Positions 1-14,500 of a stretch of 64,000 nucleotides of DNA are shown here, piece after piece. Made by a program: the position numbers and the translations under genes. The notes beneath the pieces were generated by a model. The model was not told the DNA's origin and did not search any database. It saw only the letters and a list, made by a program, of their open reading frames with translations. The stretch is taken from positions 1,610,280 through 1,674,279 of the forward strand of contig NW_002060956.1 in the NCBI RefSeq assembly GCF_000150275.1. The letters run 5' to 3'. Each line of letters begins with the position of its first letter. Position 1 is the stretch's first letter. The DNA is from Trichoplax adhaerens. Taxonomy: Eukaryota; Animalia; Placozoa.

Positions 1-131
1 CAGAAAGGCTACTGTAGAACAAGCAGTCTTTTAAGCTATTAGTGTAGAATAATTGTACTGTAAATGAGCCTCTTGAAATCCACATATTGTAAGATATTTA
101 ACAACATATCATTTTGCCTTTTTTATGTCAG

Positions 132-470
132 ATGATGACAGCTTGTTGACGGGAGAATTAAACTCTACGAAGAGTTGGCGTACGATGATGGTATGCAATA
201 GTAGCCATCATGGGCTTATTGCAAAACTGTAACAACGACGTACATTCACAATAATTACAAAAATTGGCTTATGATAGGAAATAGAAATCTTTAAAGTATG
301 ATTACCAGGATATCGACAATGTACACTTAAAAATCATCGTAGTTATGTACAAAGAATGGAAGGATAAAAGAGGTGTGGCAAGATAATTCGTGACAAAAGT
401 AACATTTATATTACAAGTTTAGAATATTGCTTGCATAACAAAATTTTTAGCCAATAAGCTCGCGATATAA
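132..470 (+). pseudogene. Degraded death-domain-like coding fragment (3' end of an upstream gene or a pseudogene)
   Basis: Putative exons 132-190 and 285-386 (GT-AG) give DDSLLTGELNSTKSWRTMM-KSLKYDYQDIDNVHLKIIVVMYKEWKDKRGVAR*. Past the stop, FVTKVTFILQVLEYC and, in a shifted frame, TKFLANKLA continue a death-domain-like pattern (W..L...L....ID / ML..W..R.G / L..AL...LA..L). Judged by eye only. Confidence 0.3.
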
Positions 471-605
471 GCTCAATGATGAAATTCCATTGCTAGATTA
501 GATTAAGTAAAAGTTGATTAAATCTTACAAAGTCTTGCAAATATGGTAATTATATAAGGATAAGCCAACTGTCGACTACATCCAATAGTAAAGCATTACA
601 TCATT

Positions 606-3064
606 TCATCTTTTGGTAAAGACAGTTATGATTTCTAAATTAAAATTTCTCTGACGTTCTATCAGCGACACGTCTCATTTGGCCATATACCTTAGAAGGA
701 GGGCTCCCTAGAAAGTAATCAGAAAAATGCCATAAATCGATCCACACTAAAGAGTTTCAGATTTCTTAGGTTATTACTGGCAAAATTTTACGTCAGATTC
801 AATTCTAAGTTTGTAATCAATTATCGCTACTTCTAAATACTGCCAATGCAATCTATCGATGCTAGACGATAACACAGTTTGTGTTTTCTTACTATTAGGT
901 ACGAATTCACTACAAGGCGATCAAAAATTACCTAAAATTAAATTGCAAATCGCTGTTTTCGCCATTCGTATATTTTGGAATGATCCCAATATATGAATTT
1001 TACTGAAAGATAATAAATAAAAAAGTTTTCAGAACGTATTGAGTCATAGTAGATATGCTAACAAAATATATTTAGAAACGATAAAAATTAGAACATTCTC
1101 CGTAGCTTAATGGCAAAACTAAAGCTTGTACAGCTTACAAAGGGTATTTCTGCATGAATTTGTATAAACGAATAAGTTTGTATTTAGAGTAAAATGCTGG
1201 TATTCACAACATTCTACAGTATAAAAATATATTTATATATTACATATACATTACCTGTCAGCAAGAACAATTCGTGTTTTCGTAACATTTTCGATGGTAA
1301 ATTTAGTCTTGCCACCACTACCAGCAATTCTACCTATAGCTCGGGATAAGTGGTCACCTTTCAGAGGCTTGACTAGAGAAAGAGAAATAGTATAACAGCG
1401 CTAATGTCAAATGATTGATTAACGAAAAATTTCTGTGACATTGTAATAAGAATTAATCAACATAAGCTATTTCAGTAGCAATAGATTAGGAAAATTCTAG
1501 TTGATTTCCTTACCATCAGTAACTTCGAATGAATCGATATATAGATCATCTAATCGGATTAGAGCTAAAGCATCCTAAATGAGAGATAAGAGTCTATTAG
1601 TCACTACGATGATATCATTCCATACTTGCAGTTCTCTATCCTAGAAACTTTAGGCCGCCATTTACTGTACCTCTACTGCGAATCCTAATACAAAAGCTTG
1701 AACAAAATCAGCAGCTTTTTGTATAGCGTTAAGGTCAGTTGTTTCTGAACCCGTCTACATAGAAGAATGGTAATACTTTAATTAATATTCGAGCAAATGC
1801 ACCATTTTTGGGTTAAGCAAAGCTAAGTATAGATTAATAATTTATTCTCTTAACTGTAACAAAAGTATTCTATCCACTAAACAAGTACAGAAATATGTTG
1901 TAGATTTAAAACATTTTTTCGATATGGAATTAAGATGAACATGTATACTGACATCAAATATATACGAGAGTTATGTAAGGTGAGAGCAGTTGTTCTAGTC
2001 ACAATCGATAACAACTAACGTGAATACAACCTTGATCTCAACATTTCTTGTCTTCAGATTAAATCGAATTTGTAGCTTCAACTTTTCGACAACTGGCGTA
2101 TAGATGTTCACCCAATTGTCCTTCAGAGGTGTATAACGATGTGATGGTATAGCTAATTTTCGTAATTGCCTGTTTACCTGCCAACGTGAGTCGATTTCAT
2201 TGAATACAAAGTTAGTATTTCATACTTTTAGGGAAATGACTTGTTACTACAATTTGCCTAGGTTAATACTTGATGTTGTATTTTGTTGCTGTTAAATTAG
2301 AATGACTATCTAGGGCAGTGTCTATACTGTACTGTATAACCTATGAAGACTGGAGAAGACCCAAGAAGGCTCTACTAATGTAGACTATCATGAATTACTC
2401 ATGCAAAAGTCGAGAAACGAGGCTCAATCACGCTGGGATATATTTTATGTTTCAAAGTTTTTAACAATGTACAATATCACTTTATATTCAACTGCAGTAG
2501 CCATTGTATGCTCTATTTCTTCTACTATGTCATTGTGAATGGTAGCGATATTGGGTTAACGATTATGGAGTTTATACGCGTACACATTGAATTCAAGCAA
2601 TTCATAGCATACGAGAATGCTCTACAGTAATACGTTCATTCATTTTTCTCTTATTGCAATTATTGTAGAGGATAGTATATAGCATAGCCACTACGCTTGT
2701 GACGTTAGCATTTCATTTGACGGAATGATTAGCAAACCGTAAGCTTATTATAGATTGCATGATAAGTTATTTGAAAGAACAGATATTAAAGCACTTGATG
2801 TCAACTTATGACCAATGGTAAGCTATAAGCTACTAAAATAGTACAGCAATGGAATGCAAGCTTGCAAGTAATTCATCTCTCTCTCTCTACCTTGGATTTT
2901 CCAGGTTTTAATGGTGGAAATTTCGGTCTATTGGAAGGATCAACAGTAAATGAGGATACTTCTGAATCTTGGTGGCCTCTCTTCTTTCCTTGTATCATGC
3001 TTTCCATTTCCGATGGCGAAGCTATTTGATCATTTGCATTGCTTTGCAGATTGTCGGCCATCAT
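606..3064 (-). CDS. PNO1: RNA-binding protein PNO1/Dim2 (KH-domain 40S ribosome biogenesis factor), 7 exons
   Basis: Exons 2891-3064, 2031-2177, 1671-1754, 1514-1574, 1255-1372, 932-1002, 606-707, all GT-AG and phase-consistent. The translation includes [89 protein letters not shown] and [11 protein letters not shown], all typical of PNO1. Confidence 0.96.
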
Positions 3065-3098
3065 TGCAATCGATCATCGGCACTTGTACAGGAACTAT

Positions 3099-3104
3099 CA
3101 CGTG
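3099..3104. promoter_or_regulatory. E-box CACGTG ~35 nt upstream of the PNO1 start codon
   Basis: tcacgtgg is present in the sequence. A start-proximal CACGTG is characteristic of Myc/Max-regulated ribosome biogenesis genes in animals. Confidence 0.55.
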
Positions 3105-3228
3105 GGATTGTAGCAAGAGTTGGTCATTTTCGACTCAGTGGTAGGGTATAGAGCTCAGACACGACAGCGTCGATAGGGTAAAACACTCGTTCTGGTATGA
3201 ATTTGTTGAGAACATGCGCAACCATGAC

Positions 3229-3581
3229 GCGTACTGTACCGTACCGTGAACGTCTAGCATGGACTGCAGTGTGTACTGAGTCTGTGCAGTACGGTACTGT
3301 ATTGTACTGTACAGTGTACAGTGTACACTCACAGGTCTAGTACTGTACACTGTATATCATATATACAGTATGGTTTATCATTGAACATAATTTATGAAGA
3401 AATTAGACGTCGTATGTAGATTTTAACTACAAAATGTTGTTATTCAACTCTTTCTCTATCGATTGATGTATTATTTGCTCACTTTCCGAAATTTATTTGT
3501 TTTTGGATGTTAAAATTTAAAATTTATCGGCTAAAATTCCTTAGGCATACTGTACTGTACAGTGTACAGTATACTGTGTAC
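3229..3581. promoter_or_regulatory. GTAC/TACAGTA-rich low-complexity tracts in the PNO1-ROPN1L divergent intergenic region
   Basis: Dense tactgtac, gtacagtg and tgtacac words at 3229-3369 and 3548-3581, between two head-to-head genes. Confidence 0.5.
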
Positions 3582-3704
3582 TCTCGACGATGCAGTCCGT
3601 CCAAGTCCAAGCCAGACACCCTACCAGGTTGCCTAGTAGGGTCCTAGTCGAACCCTAGGAGGCTTGCGCAAGCCGCTTTTGTCACTCTGGAGCTGTAGAA
3701 ACTG

Positions 3705-3717
3705 GTTGCTAGGAAAC
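3705..3717 (+). promoter_or_regulatory. RFX X-box-like element upstream of ROPN1L
   Basis: GTTGCTAGGAAAC matches the 13-bp RFX motif. It is followed by TAGCAAC, and another half-site GTTGCCTAG lies at ~3628. The downstream gene is a ciliary radial spoke component. Confidence 0.55.
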
Positions 3718-4678
3718 GATAGCAACCTCTTCTAACAATCTACTACAACAACGACACAGTCGTATAGTTTGCCCAACTTCACTACATCGCGTTATTGTAG
3801 ATTGTTGTTCAATTCGATACCGCAATCTCTTGCTGCAACAATTCTTGCGATCAACTATCTTCTTTCTCCTTGACCTGGCGTCTACTAATAAGGTAAAAAT
3901 TATGACTAATGGATTAAACAGAATGCGGTATGATATAGGTATTAGTTTAGGCTTCCAATTCGACGGATATCGTGTATTATAACTGAGAGGTAGAATAACT
4001 TCATGCTTGATTATTTCGTTATACGATTGCAGATTGCCAAAATGATATAGATACCAGCATATGTAGATACGCATACTCGATTTCATAGGCTTGTCATCGT
4101 CGTATTGTTGATCCCTTTCTAACAGTTTATAATTGCGCGTAAGATGATAACGGGATAAAATCAATCTCAACGACTATGTAAAACATCATTTATTTAAGAT
4201 AGTCAATCAAATTTACAGTATTATTGCAATTCTGACCATCATAATGCCCTCCATAACGGCGAATGCGAACCTTACCAATTTAGATTCATTTTAAAAGTGG
4301 TAGAAAAGATATATAGCTTATCATTATTAGAATATCTATACAGGAGAGTTCATTTACGCATTGGTAATCTTAGCTATTTTCCGACTAAATACAAAATTAG
4401 TCATGTTGGCTTACATCTTTTACATAACACAATATCGGTAACCATTTAATATGTATCCACTTGGGATTCTTAAGTGCAGTAACTTGAAGTCATTTTAATT
4501 TATAAGCAAATCCGCTGCAACAGAAGGTTGATCTTGATGCATTGTATCACTAAAATGGAAAATAACTCTGACATATTCAACAGATTCTAACCATTTTGCT
4601 AATGTTTAAACTATAAAAACATTCTTACAGGGCACAATTTAACCATTTCTCGATACCTCACCTGTAAATATAAAATAG

Positions 4679-5912
<1,234 letters not shown>

Positions 5913-8174
5913 TATAGCTAGGATGATTAATTAATAATTAGTTAATACGAACGGTATCAAACGTCGCTAATACACCTTGTAACAGAGATTCATTACCATA
6001 TGATACCTTGCATGTTGATAATGATGTGTTGGCATTTGCAAAGGAATTGATACATATTGTACTTAATCACTAATTTATGTGTATTAGGAACATTAACTAC
6101 ATATCTATGACTATATAGATTGTACCGCACATATAATTAGCCTTCTGAATGTACTAGAAAAATTTTAAAGATTTCATATTAAGCCACATTATAAATGATG
6201 TACGAAAACATACGTCTATAAATAATAGTAATTATAAAGCTTAACATTAACTTTCAAGTGATATTTAGTTCCTTGATAATTCTTACTACTCTAGAACAGT
6301 ATTACATATCATTTTTATTTAATTTGATGTAAGAGTATCAATAGTTTAGAAATGCTCTATTATCTACAGTACCATGGAGCAAATTAAGTTCTTCACCAGG
6401 TCGTAGAATAAATGAGCTACACCACCCTATTAAGAGTAACTTTACCAGCTAATGTTTAAACATAGCTCGTCATAAGTAGTATAGATTAAAAGATCAAATG
6501 CATTGTACTAATGCATAAATTATATAATTTATACAACTCACAACATTTTCGCTTTTTCAAGAAATTGTCTACTTATTCGAATCATAATGAGTCGCAGGTA
6601 CTTTTTAAATATATGTAACAATTGATGTAAATAAAGTACCCATCTTACAAAAAAAGAGCTTCGAATTATTTTATCGATATAATAATGTTACGGTCAATCC
6701 CGGGAATCGGTCATTCCCCGGGAAAGATCGAATCCGTTGGTTATTCCCCTGCATATATATTCTATTACAGCGATGCTTACGTTATACACGTAGGGTGATT
6801 ATAACGATTTATTAGCTTAGCCTTATGATTGTGATTATATAACCATCAGTTTTTATACCTTGTGAATATTGATTGGGACATAAATATGATCGATAAGTAT
6901 TATCAAAATTATAGTCTAAGCTTTATTGAGTGTGTCCACATTTAAGTCTCTGTGTGTAAATAAAAGCGCTTCTAGAATAAATATTACGCCTCCTCGTAAA
7001 ATAATTTACAAGATTAAACATTAAATTTGATAAGGTAGCTTTCGTGAATAATATTAATTTTGAGGCTTAGGAATGCAATTATATCTATTAGGGATTTAGT
7101 GCGAAATGTGCTTGTATAATATATGAATTTTATAAATTTTAGTAGCCTACCTTCCGAGCGATATGAAATTTGATAAATTAACGATAATTCACTCACATAT
7201 CAGTTATTAGTAGAATAATCAATGATTGATTAGATTACGTACTTTAATACCTTATTCAGTCTTTATCTTGTTTCAGTAGTATAGATTTTGGTTGTAATGA
7301 TGTTATATCTGGATTTTATAAACTTGTGTGCATTTAGTAAAATTATATATGAAATATTCTCAGGAAATTTCCTTATCAATAGTAATACTTAAATAGGCAT
7401 CATGTGATAGTTCAATTTTTTCCATATATTTCTTTTTACGTCTATACTTTATCAGCTCCGCGTACTTTTATATCTCAATGATAAAAAGTATTCATTACGG
7501 CTGCGTATATTGTTATTTGAGGCGTTACATCGTATGCTAACATATGTCAAACTATCGCGCTAAATTTGGAAAAATTAAAATGTGCCAATGTTTAAAACTG
7601 ACACATGCTATAAAAAATTTCAGTGGATAATTTATCATCGAATGCTTTGCTGCTATCAGGGAAGCTTTAATTTGGCCGGACAATTTCTCAGGATTTTTAA
7701 TTACAGATTCTTCGATTAATATACATGGTGGCATTACCTATATGATAATGCGATTGTAAGAAATTGTTGTCCTTGAATAATTTGATTCTTATACAACTGT
7801 TTTATTACGTGAAATAACCTAATAAATAAAGTTAAGAAATAAATTCTGTAATTTGCTATCCTAAACTTCCAATTGAATACGGTACTTAGCTACATTATGT
7901 TATAAATTGTCTCCACATTATAAATTAATTATAGCCTAAAGAGGGATACGTGATGATTTGGCATTAGTGGTTTACGTAAACTGCAGTAATAATAGTATTT
8001 GATCCCTATTTTAACATCTTATTGTTAACTCTTTCGCTGTATTCAAATTATCATTAACGTATACTGTATAGCACAGTATTGATGCTCTATTAACTCAGGT
8101 TGGCAATCGAAATTATTAATACAGCTTTCTTTTTATTTATTTCTATTCGATTTATCGAGTTTATTGAGTTTCTA

Positions 8175-9374
8175 ATGAGCAAGAAGGAAGCAGCTAGTAA
8201 TCGCTCTGATCGATTCTTAGCATGTGCGGCCGTGGTGATAATTACAATAATATTTTTTGTATACTTTATAACTGTAACCATAGATTTTAAAGCTTCTTCA
8301 TCGTCTATAAAATTTTTCAAGAAGAATAAACCCTTGATACTGTTTTGGACGCCGTGGTTTTCATTTGATTGGCCAATTGCAGCTGGTAACCTTAAATGTA
8401 AAGATTACGGTGTAGAATGTATTATAACGAAAGATAGAGGAGATTATTATCGAAGTCATGCTGTAGTTTTTCATGGATCATCTTACCAAGTGAGAGATAT
8501 TCATGATTATCCTATACTTAGAAGCCGTCCCTATGGGCAAAAATGGGTTTATCATAACTTAGAGAATCCAATGATTTCCACATCCTTGACTAACGGTCAT
8601 CTACCTAAAGAGATCAATGGACTATTTAATGTGACCATGACTTATACCTCCGATTCCGATGTTATCTATCGATATGGTCAGGTAGTTCCTGGCCAATTTA
8701 GGGATGGTTTTGATCCTAACCGCAATTATGCTCAGGGCAAGACGAAGCTAGTTGCATGGGCTTCTAGTAAATGTTATCCTGAAAGAACTACGTTTATAAA
8801 TCGTTTAAGTCGGCTGATGCAAGTTGATAAATACGGCAAATGTGGTAATTTATCATGCCCCAGAACTAAAGGTTGTTGGAAGAGGTTGGGTCGACAATAT
8901 AAATTTTATCTCAGCTTTGAAAATAAAGTTTGTAAGGATTATGTCACGGAGAAATTCTATGCCAATGCTTTACTCTACGATATGGTTCCTATTGTGCTAG
9001 GAGGAGCCAATTATCAAGACCCACAAGTGGCTCCACCAGGATCGTATATTAATGCGTTCGATTTCAAGAATATTGAAGAATTGAGCCAATATATTCTAAA
9101 AGTTGATAAAGATGATAGCTTATATAATCAATATTTTCAATGGAGAGCCAATTATACCATTGTACGGATGAAAATGTCAGAAGCATTTTGTGAATTATGT
9201 TACGATATTTCATTTTTTCGACGCCAAAAAATTTATCATGACTTGACAACATTTTGGAGTACTGATGAAGAAAATTGTGTAAAATATCCCAAGTCAGGAA
9301 ATTCCAAGATATCTACCCAATTTAAGTACTACGCTACGAAATCCGATAGTTTGGCTAATCGTGGCCGTGTCTGA
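8175..9374 (+). CDS. Alpha-(1,3)-fucosyltransferase, GT10 family, intronless type II membrane protein
   Basis: First ATG at 8175 (the ORF track starts at TTG 8100). N-terminal signal anchor FLACAAVVIITIIFFVYFITV; motifs ILFWT, AVVFH, RPYGQKWVYHNLENP, FNVTMTY, and the alpha-1,3-FucT motif YKFYLSFENKVCKDYVTEKF, followed by VPIVLG and YFQWR. Confidence 0.93.
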   Translation: MSKKEAASNRSDRFLACAAVVIITIIFFVYFITVTIDFKASSSSIKFFKKNKPLILFWTPWFSFDWPIAAGNLKCKDYGVECIITKDRGDYYRSHAVVFHGSSYQVRDIHDYPILRSRPYGQKWVYHNLENPMISTSLTNGHLPKEINGLFNVTMTYTSDSDVIYRYGQVVPGQFRDGFDPNRNYAQGKTKLVAWASSKCYPERTTFINRLSRLMQVDKYGKCGNLSCPRTKGCWKRLGRQYKFYLSFENKVCKDYVTEKFYANALLYDMVPIVLGGANYQDPQVAPPGSYINAFDFKNIEELSQYILKVDKDDSLYNQYFQWRANYTIVRMKMSEAFCELCYDISFFRRQKIYHDLTTFWSTDEENCVKYPKSGNSKISTQFKYYATKSDSLANRGRV

Positions 9375-10538
9375 CGTCGCTAATATTGCACCTTTTACGC
9401 CTAAAGCGCCATAATTTCTTTAGGAAAAATTCCTAAAATCAGATACATAGATTGTAACAGTCTAGAAATGGTATCTGTTGATTGCGTGTAATTATGAATT
9501 ATAAAACTTTTAGATTACATAATAAAAAGCTTTAATTGAGCAGATGTAGTAAAGTTACTTTAAAGTTTCTATTTTATATAACCACGGCTATCATTGCTTC
9601 ATTATCACAAGTTTTTGATGGCTATAATTGATCAATGTGCATGTAGACAGAACTTAACTATGCTATTCATGGAGGGGGAAATTAAAGCAACCCAGGATGT
9701 TGAATGTTTAAGTAAAGATCAAAATAAAATAACGTGAATAATACGCATACTGTAATGAAGAGTAGTAAAGTATTATAGATTTGATTATCCTATGAGATGT
9801 ACCATCCGGATATACAGCACAGTCAGTTGTCGGTAGACATGACCACTATCTTAGCCGTGTTCTTCATTAGCAGCTTAAGAATGGATACACTGAGTGAGTG
9901 AGTTTGCTTTGTAAGTAGACAGCTGCAAGTTGCAAATTGATCAGACTACAGACTTTAAATCGGTGAAATCTAGTATGTTGTCCTGTGCAACTGTATTGCA
10001 AGCCTATCACAAGCACTGAAATAGTCTGTAAGCGTATGTGATGTTTACCGGCTGGTGGCACCGATGAAGGATGCTCGAAATGTCCGCAGATAAATGATTA
10101 CTTTGATTGATGACCTTAAAAAGGAATGAAGAAGATATAGGATTCAAACTCCAAAGTTGGACATTTGGCGCAAGAATGCTCCAATCTGATGAAATGATTA
10201 TCCTTATTTATATCATCGTATAGTATGGAAAATGCTGCTGCACATGATATGATTGACATCTTCAAGAATTGCATTACAGCGATTAAAATGGAGACTTCCA
10301 ATCATAACAAAATAGATGCAATTCTGAATGGCTACAAATACTGAATATTTTTGTTTGGTGGCCGGGGGGATTCGAATGACATTTCTTCTTAGTCCAATTC
10401 CATATTGCAGTCAATGTAGGATTGAACTAGACATTATAGCCACTATCTTGAATATTACTTTGGCCAAGCTATTTATATAAATTTAACATTTATCCTTCCA
10501 TTGGCTTTCTTCCCACTGCTTAGGATAATAATTTAAAT

Positions 10539-10577
10539 TGTCCAAATCTTGCAAAATGAATTTGCAAGATTTGGACA
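10539..10577. repeat. Perfect 17-bp inverted repeat with a 5-nt loop
   Basis: tgtccaaatcttgcaaa-atgaa-tttgcaagatttggaca. Confidence 0.85.
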
Positions 10578-11509
10578 CCATCTTGAGGATTGTGCGATGA
10601 GCCCTTACTTAAGTCTCCATCCAGTTTCACTGTTATACTGAATCATAGACTGTATGGATGTGATTGTGCACACTATAGTCTACTCCATCGTTTACCATTT
10701 CTATATTGTATCCTATAGTAATCGATGATCTACTGGCTAGGTATTGTATCAGCACTGATTTTTCCAGCTCCAACATTGCCAAGTTGAAGCGTCTATAGAA
10801 ATAACTATAGTCAGGATGGCTGTCTGCGTTGCACTCCTCTAAGCGTCGTCGTCTTCGTCCCAGTTCTTGATAATTCATTTATACTAGCCGCTACTACGCT
10901 CGCCAGTAGCAGTTTCTTCTTTCTCGATTTCGATGTCTATAACAAGAGACTTGGAAGGGAAAATCTCAACAGAACCTACTGAGAACAGTGTTTAGAGTAT
11001 TGTAGCAGGATAGCACTAAAGTTGGCCTGGTTTGACTGCATGATAGTTATCCTGGATCGATTTTACGATCTTAACTAGTCTATCATTGATTTACCAAAAC
11101 ATCGGATGCGATGACTTACGTAGTGTAGAATATTATTTCATTGATTGATTTCCATTGAAACTGCATTGCTGCTTGTACCAAGTTGGATCGTTTCGACATC
11201 CTCGTTGGTTTATTTGCCTAGTCAAGAGAGAGATTTGGTTTTGTAAACTAGTCTATATAAATTAGGAAGCTGTTGATATATTTGGATGACTGTATCGCTT
11301 CTGTGTAGTGCTTAATTTAGCAATTTCGACCACGTTGGATGTTATCCAGTCCAATTAAATCATCCATTTTTACTGGCTATTTCCTGGATTGTTGTTGTTC
11401 TTGACGAGGAAGTTACTAGTGGACGTCAATCAGTCAATCGACAAAATAATTTAGATTTCCCTTTCATTTTATTTTCAATAATACGATCTGGGTACAACAC
11501 AAAATAATT

Positions 11510-14500
11510 ATGCTTTTGCTACGACAGATCGTTGTTTTGGTCTTATTATCTTCTTGGCCAATCGCATCGTTGAGTAAAGAGTCGAATGTTCAATGGTGGG
11601 CTGTTCAGTTGAAAGAAGACAGCAATAGAATCAAAGCTACTTCAGTAGAGTATCTAGACAAAGTAGCCATCGATATTGCCAGCCAATATTCGTTGAAACT
11701 CTACGGTCGTATTGGAGAATTAGCTAACTACTATCTATACTATTCATCAGTGGATTCTCATGCTGGCCATAGTGTATTGCAGCTCAATCAGAAGTTACAG
11801 AATCATCCTTTCATTCAATGGCATCAGCTACAAGAGAATCTAGTTAGACATAAACGACAAGTTGAAAGCCCTATAAACTTTCCTGATCCATTTTATCCTG
11901 ATCAATGGCATCTGGTAAGGGCATGATCTTTTCTATCCTTTACTATAAAATTAAAGAATGTTACTTTCAGTTAGATGGCATCCGGTGCGAATCATCTCTC
12001 TCTTTCGTTAATGAGACTGCACAGTATTCCAATCAATTCGATAAGAAAGTTTTACATTAATCTGACTTTTTTTCTTGAAGAGAATCTACTACTTTATCTT
12101 ATTGACATCATTGGGAAATGATAGAGGAAAAATTTTACCTTTAACCCTCATCTAGTTTTTACGTCTTATTGAGTGTAGCACTCGTACTTCCATAATGCTG
12201 CTAAACAAGTTACCGCATTTTATTTAAGCGCGATATAGTTCAGAAATAGAGTAAGTAGTTTAGTTTACAATAGTGCGCTTTTACCTGGAGTACTGTTGAT
12301 TTCAAACTGTACTCTCTTACCTGTAGTCCTTCTATGATTGGGAGACTCGGCCCAAAGAATGCTTTGGGATCAATACGAGACATACTGTAGTATAACACAA
12401 GTTTTCATTGCAAATATTTTATTCCTATATTTAATCTCTTCTCAATCTTACAACTGCATGGATTTACATTCTGTGAGATTATTTCTTTATTACTAACAAC
12501 TTTCCTTTGATCATAGCATAACTTAAGAGATCCAAATCATGATATTAACGTGACAAATGTTTGGAATCATAATATTACCGGGAAGGATGTCGTCGTCGCT
12601 ATCATAGATGATGGTAAGCTTGAAGCACCAGGGCTCGGTGATCTTTATTCATGTACCCTGAGTGGAGTTAAATTACATTACATAGCTCATTACTATAAGA
12701 TAGTGAAATCTCCTGGAAAACTCTAGACTATAAACTTCATTATTATTGAATGGAGAATGTAACCTCGTTCAGCACATTAGCTTCGATTACAACATTTCGT
12801 ATAATAATTGTTTATGTTGAACAGGTTTTTCTTAAAATTTCGTTATGAACAGTGAGGCACAGCACCTTACCAACATTTACAGTGTACAATTTATAGTACA
12901 TTTATAGTACTTTTTGAGAAAGCAATTGTAATGATTAGCTTTATAATCATAGATATAAGTAGAATCCCACAATGAACTTTTCTATGATCGTTAATGCAGT
13001 AGCTTGATTTAAGAAACAAACTATAAAGTGCAATTTCCTGGAACAGTAACAGTCTCTTGAGCGGGACCGTTATCCACCTACCGATTGCAGATAATGATTT
13101 TAAATCATCAAATCTAGTTTACCGCTATATTTTTGTGCTGGTTTTGTGTTAATTATGCAATACTTTGTTTATTCATTGTCAACTGTTTGTTGAAATAACG
13201 ATTTACCTTCTACTCTGATGGGCGTAGGTGTTCAATGGAAAAATGAAGATCTAGTAGATAATTATGTAAGTGGAATTTTGCATACTGCTGCAATTAGTGA
13301 GCATGACTGCTTACCTTATCAAAATATGCGTTATGGTCGTAATAGAATACTTAGCGTCCATTATTAGATTTAGCTGATGGATGCCTGTGACTGAATTAAT
13401 ACAACATTTGTGTAATTTAATGCCTTAAATTCGATCTTAACAAATAGTTACTATAACTCTTGTCGCGAAGTTGATAGTATTTATTATAAATGGGATTAGA
13501 TTTAAAAGTGTTTTTAACTTTGTTGATAAATTAGGTCTGTAGTGTAGCATTGCATTTCCTACGATCCAGTTATAATTGTAGTCTTGCTAGGACAACATGT
13601 AGCCAAAATTATGAAGCAGTCAGTTGCAAACTATATTGTGAATATACTGCTACTTTCATCTATTGATAAAAATTCTGATGGTAAACTAATAGGAGCCAAA
13701 AGGGAGCTGGGACGTAATCGATAATGATGACGATCCGGTACCTGCATTTGCATATCCACAGACTAATTACCATGGTACTAGGTACTGAGTAAAGTAAATT
13801 AGTTGTTAATCACTGCAGATTATCCTTAGATTTTTATACGCATTTTTAATGCAATCGTAAGGCTTTTTCTACCATAATCTTCAATGATAAAATCTCATTG
13901 TAGATGTGCTGGTGTTGCTTCAGCAGTAACCAATCAATACTGTGGTGTGGGGGTAGCTTATGGATCAAAATTTTCAGGTGCATTAAATTTCGGCATCTAT
14001 ATGCGTTATACTACTACAAATTCAAATCAATAGCTAGTTATATCATAAAGTTTCGAAATCAGGCTATTTAGCTTTGCTACCAATTGCAACTACGAGTATT
14101 TGTTCTATCTCTCCACAATGACTTTGCTATTGCAGTTTAAGTAATGGAATAAATTACAATCTTTATTTCTTGTATAGCTTGTATTTTGTAAAGATAGTCC
14201 TTAGTATTGCAGATCTTGCACAAGTGTGCATGCGATGTTTAAGCTCTCTTTTTTACAACAAAAGTAAATATTTTAAACAAGTTATTAATCTGGCTTCTTT
14301 TCGGCAATCTCTTAGCTATACGTTTACTAGATACGACCACTACCGATGCAAAAGAATCCGCCGCTTTCAGCACTAAATCACAAACCAATGATATCTACAG
14401 TTGCAGGTTAACAGAATTTTTTTAATGCATTCTTTATTAACTGCACAAGTAGTCTTGCACTGGCCATGGCACACAGGTGCTATTTTCAATTCATAGATAC

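Noticed and set aside
3709-4170. 153-aa minus-strand ORF
   Set aside because: Non-ATG start, no recognisable motif, and it overlaps the probable ROPN1L leader and intron.
10355-10445. Minus-strand TTCGAATCCCCCCGGCCACCA resembling a tRNA 3' end or a retroelement primer-binding site
   Set aside because: The T-stem cannot pair, there is no D or anticodon arm, the spacing to CCA is wrong, and no LTR pair is visible.
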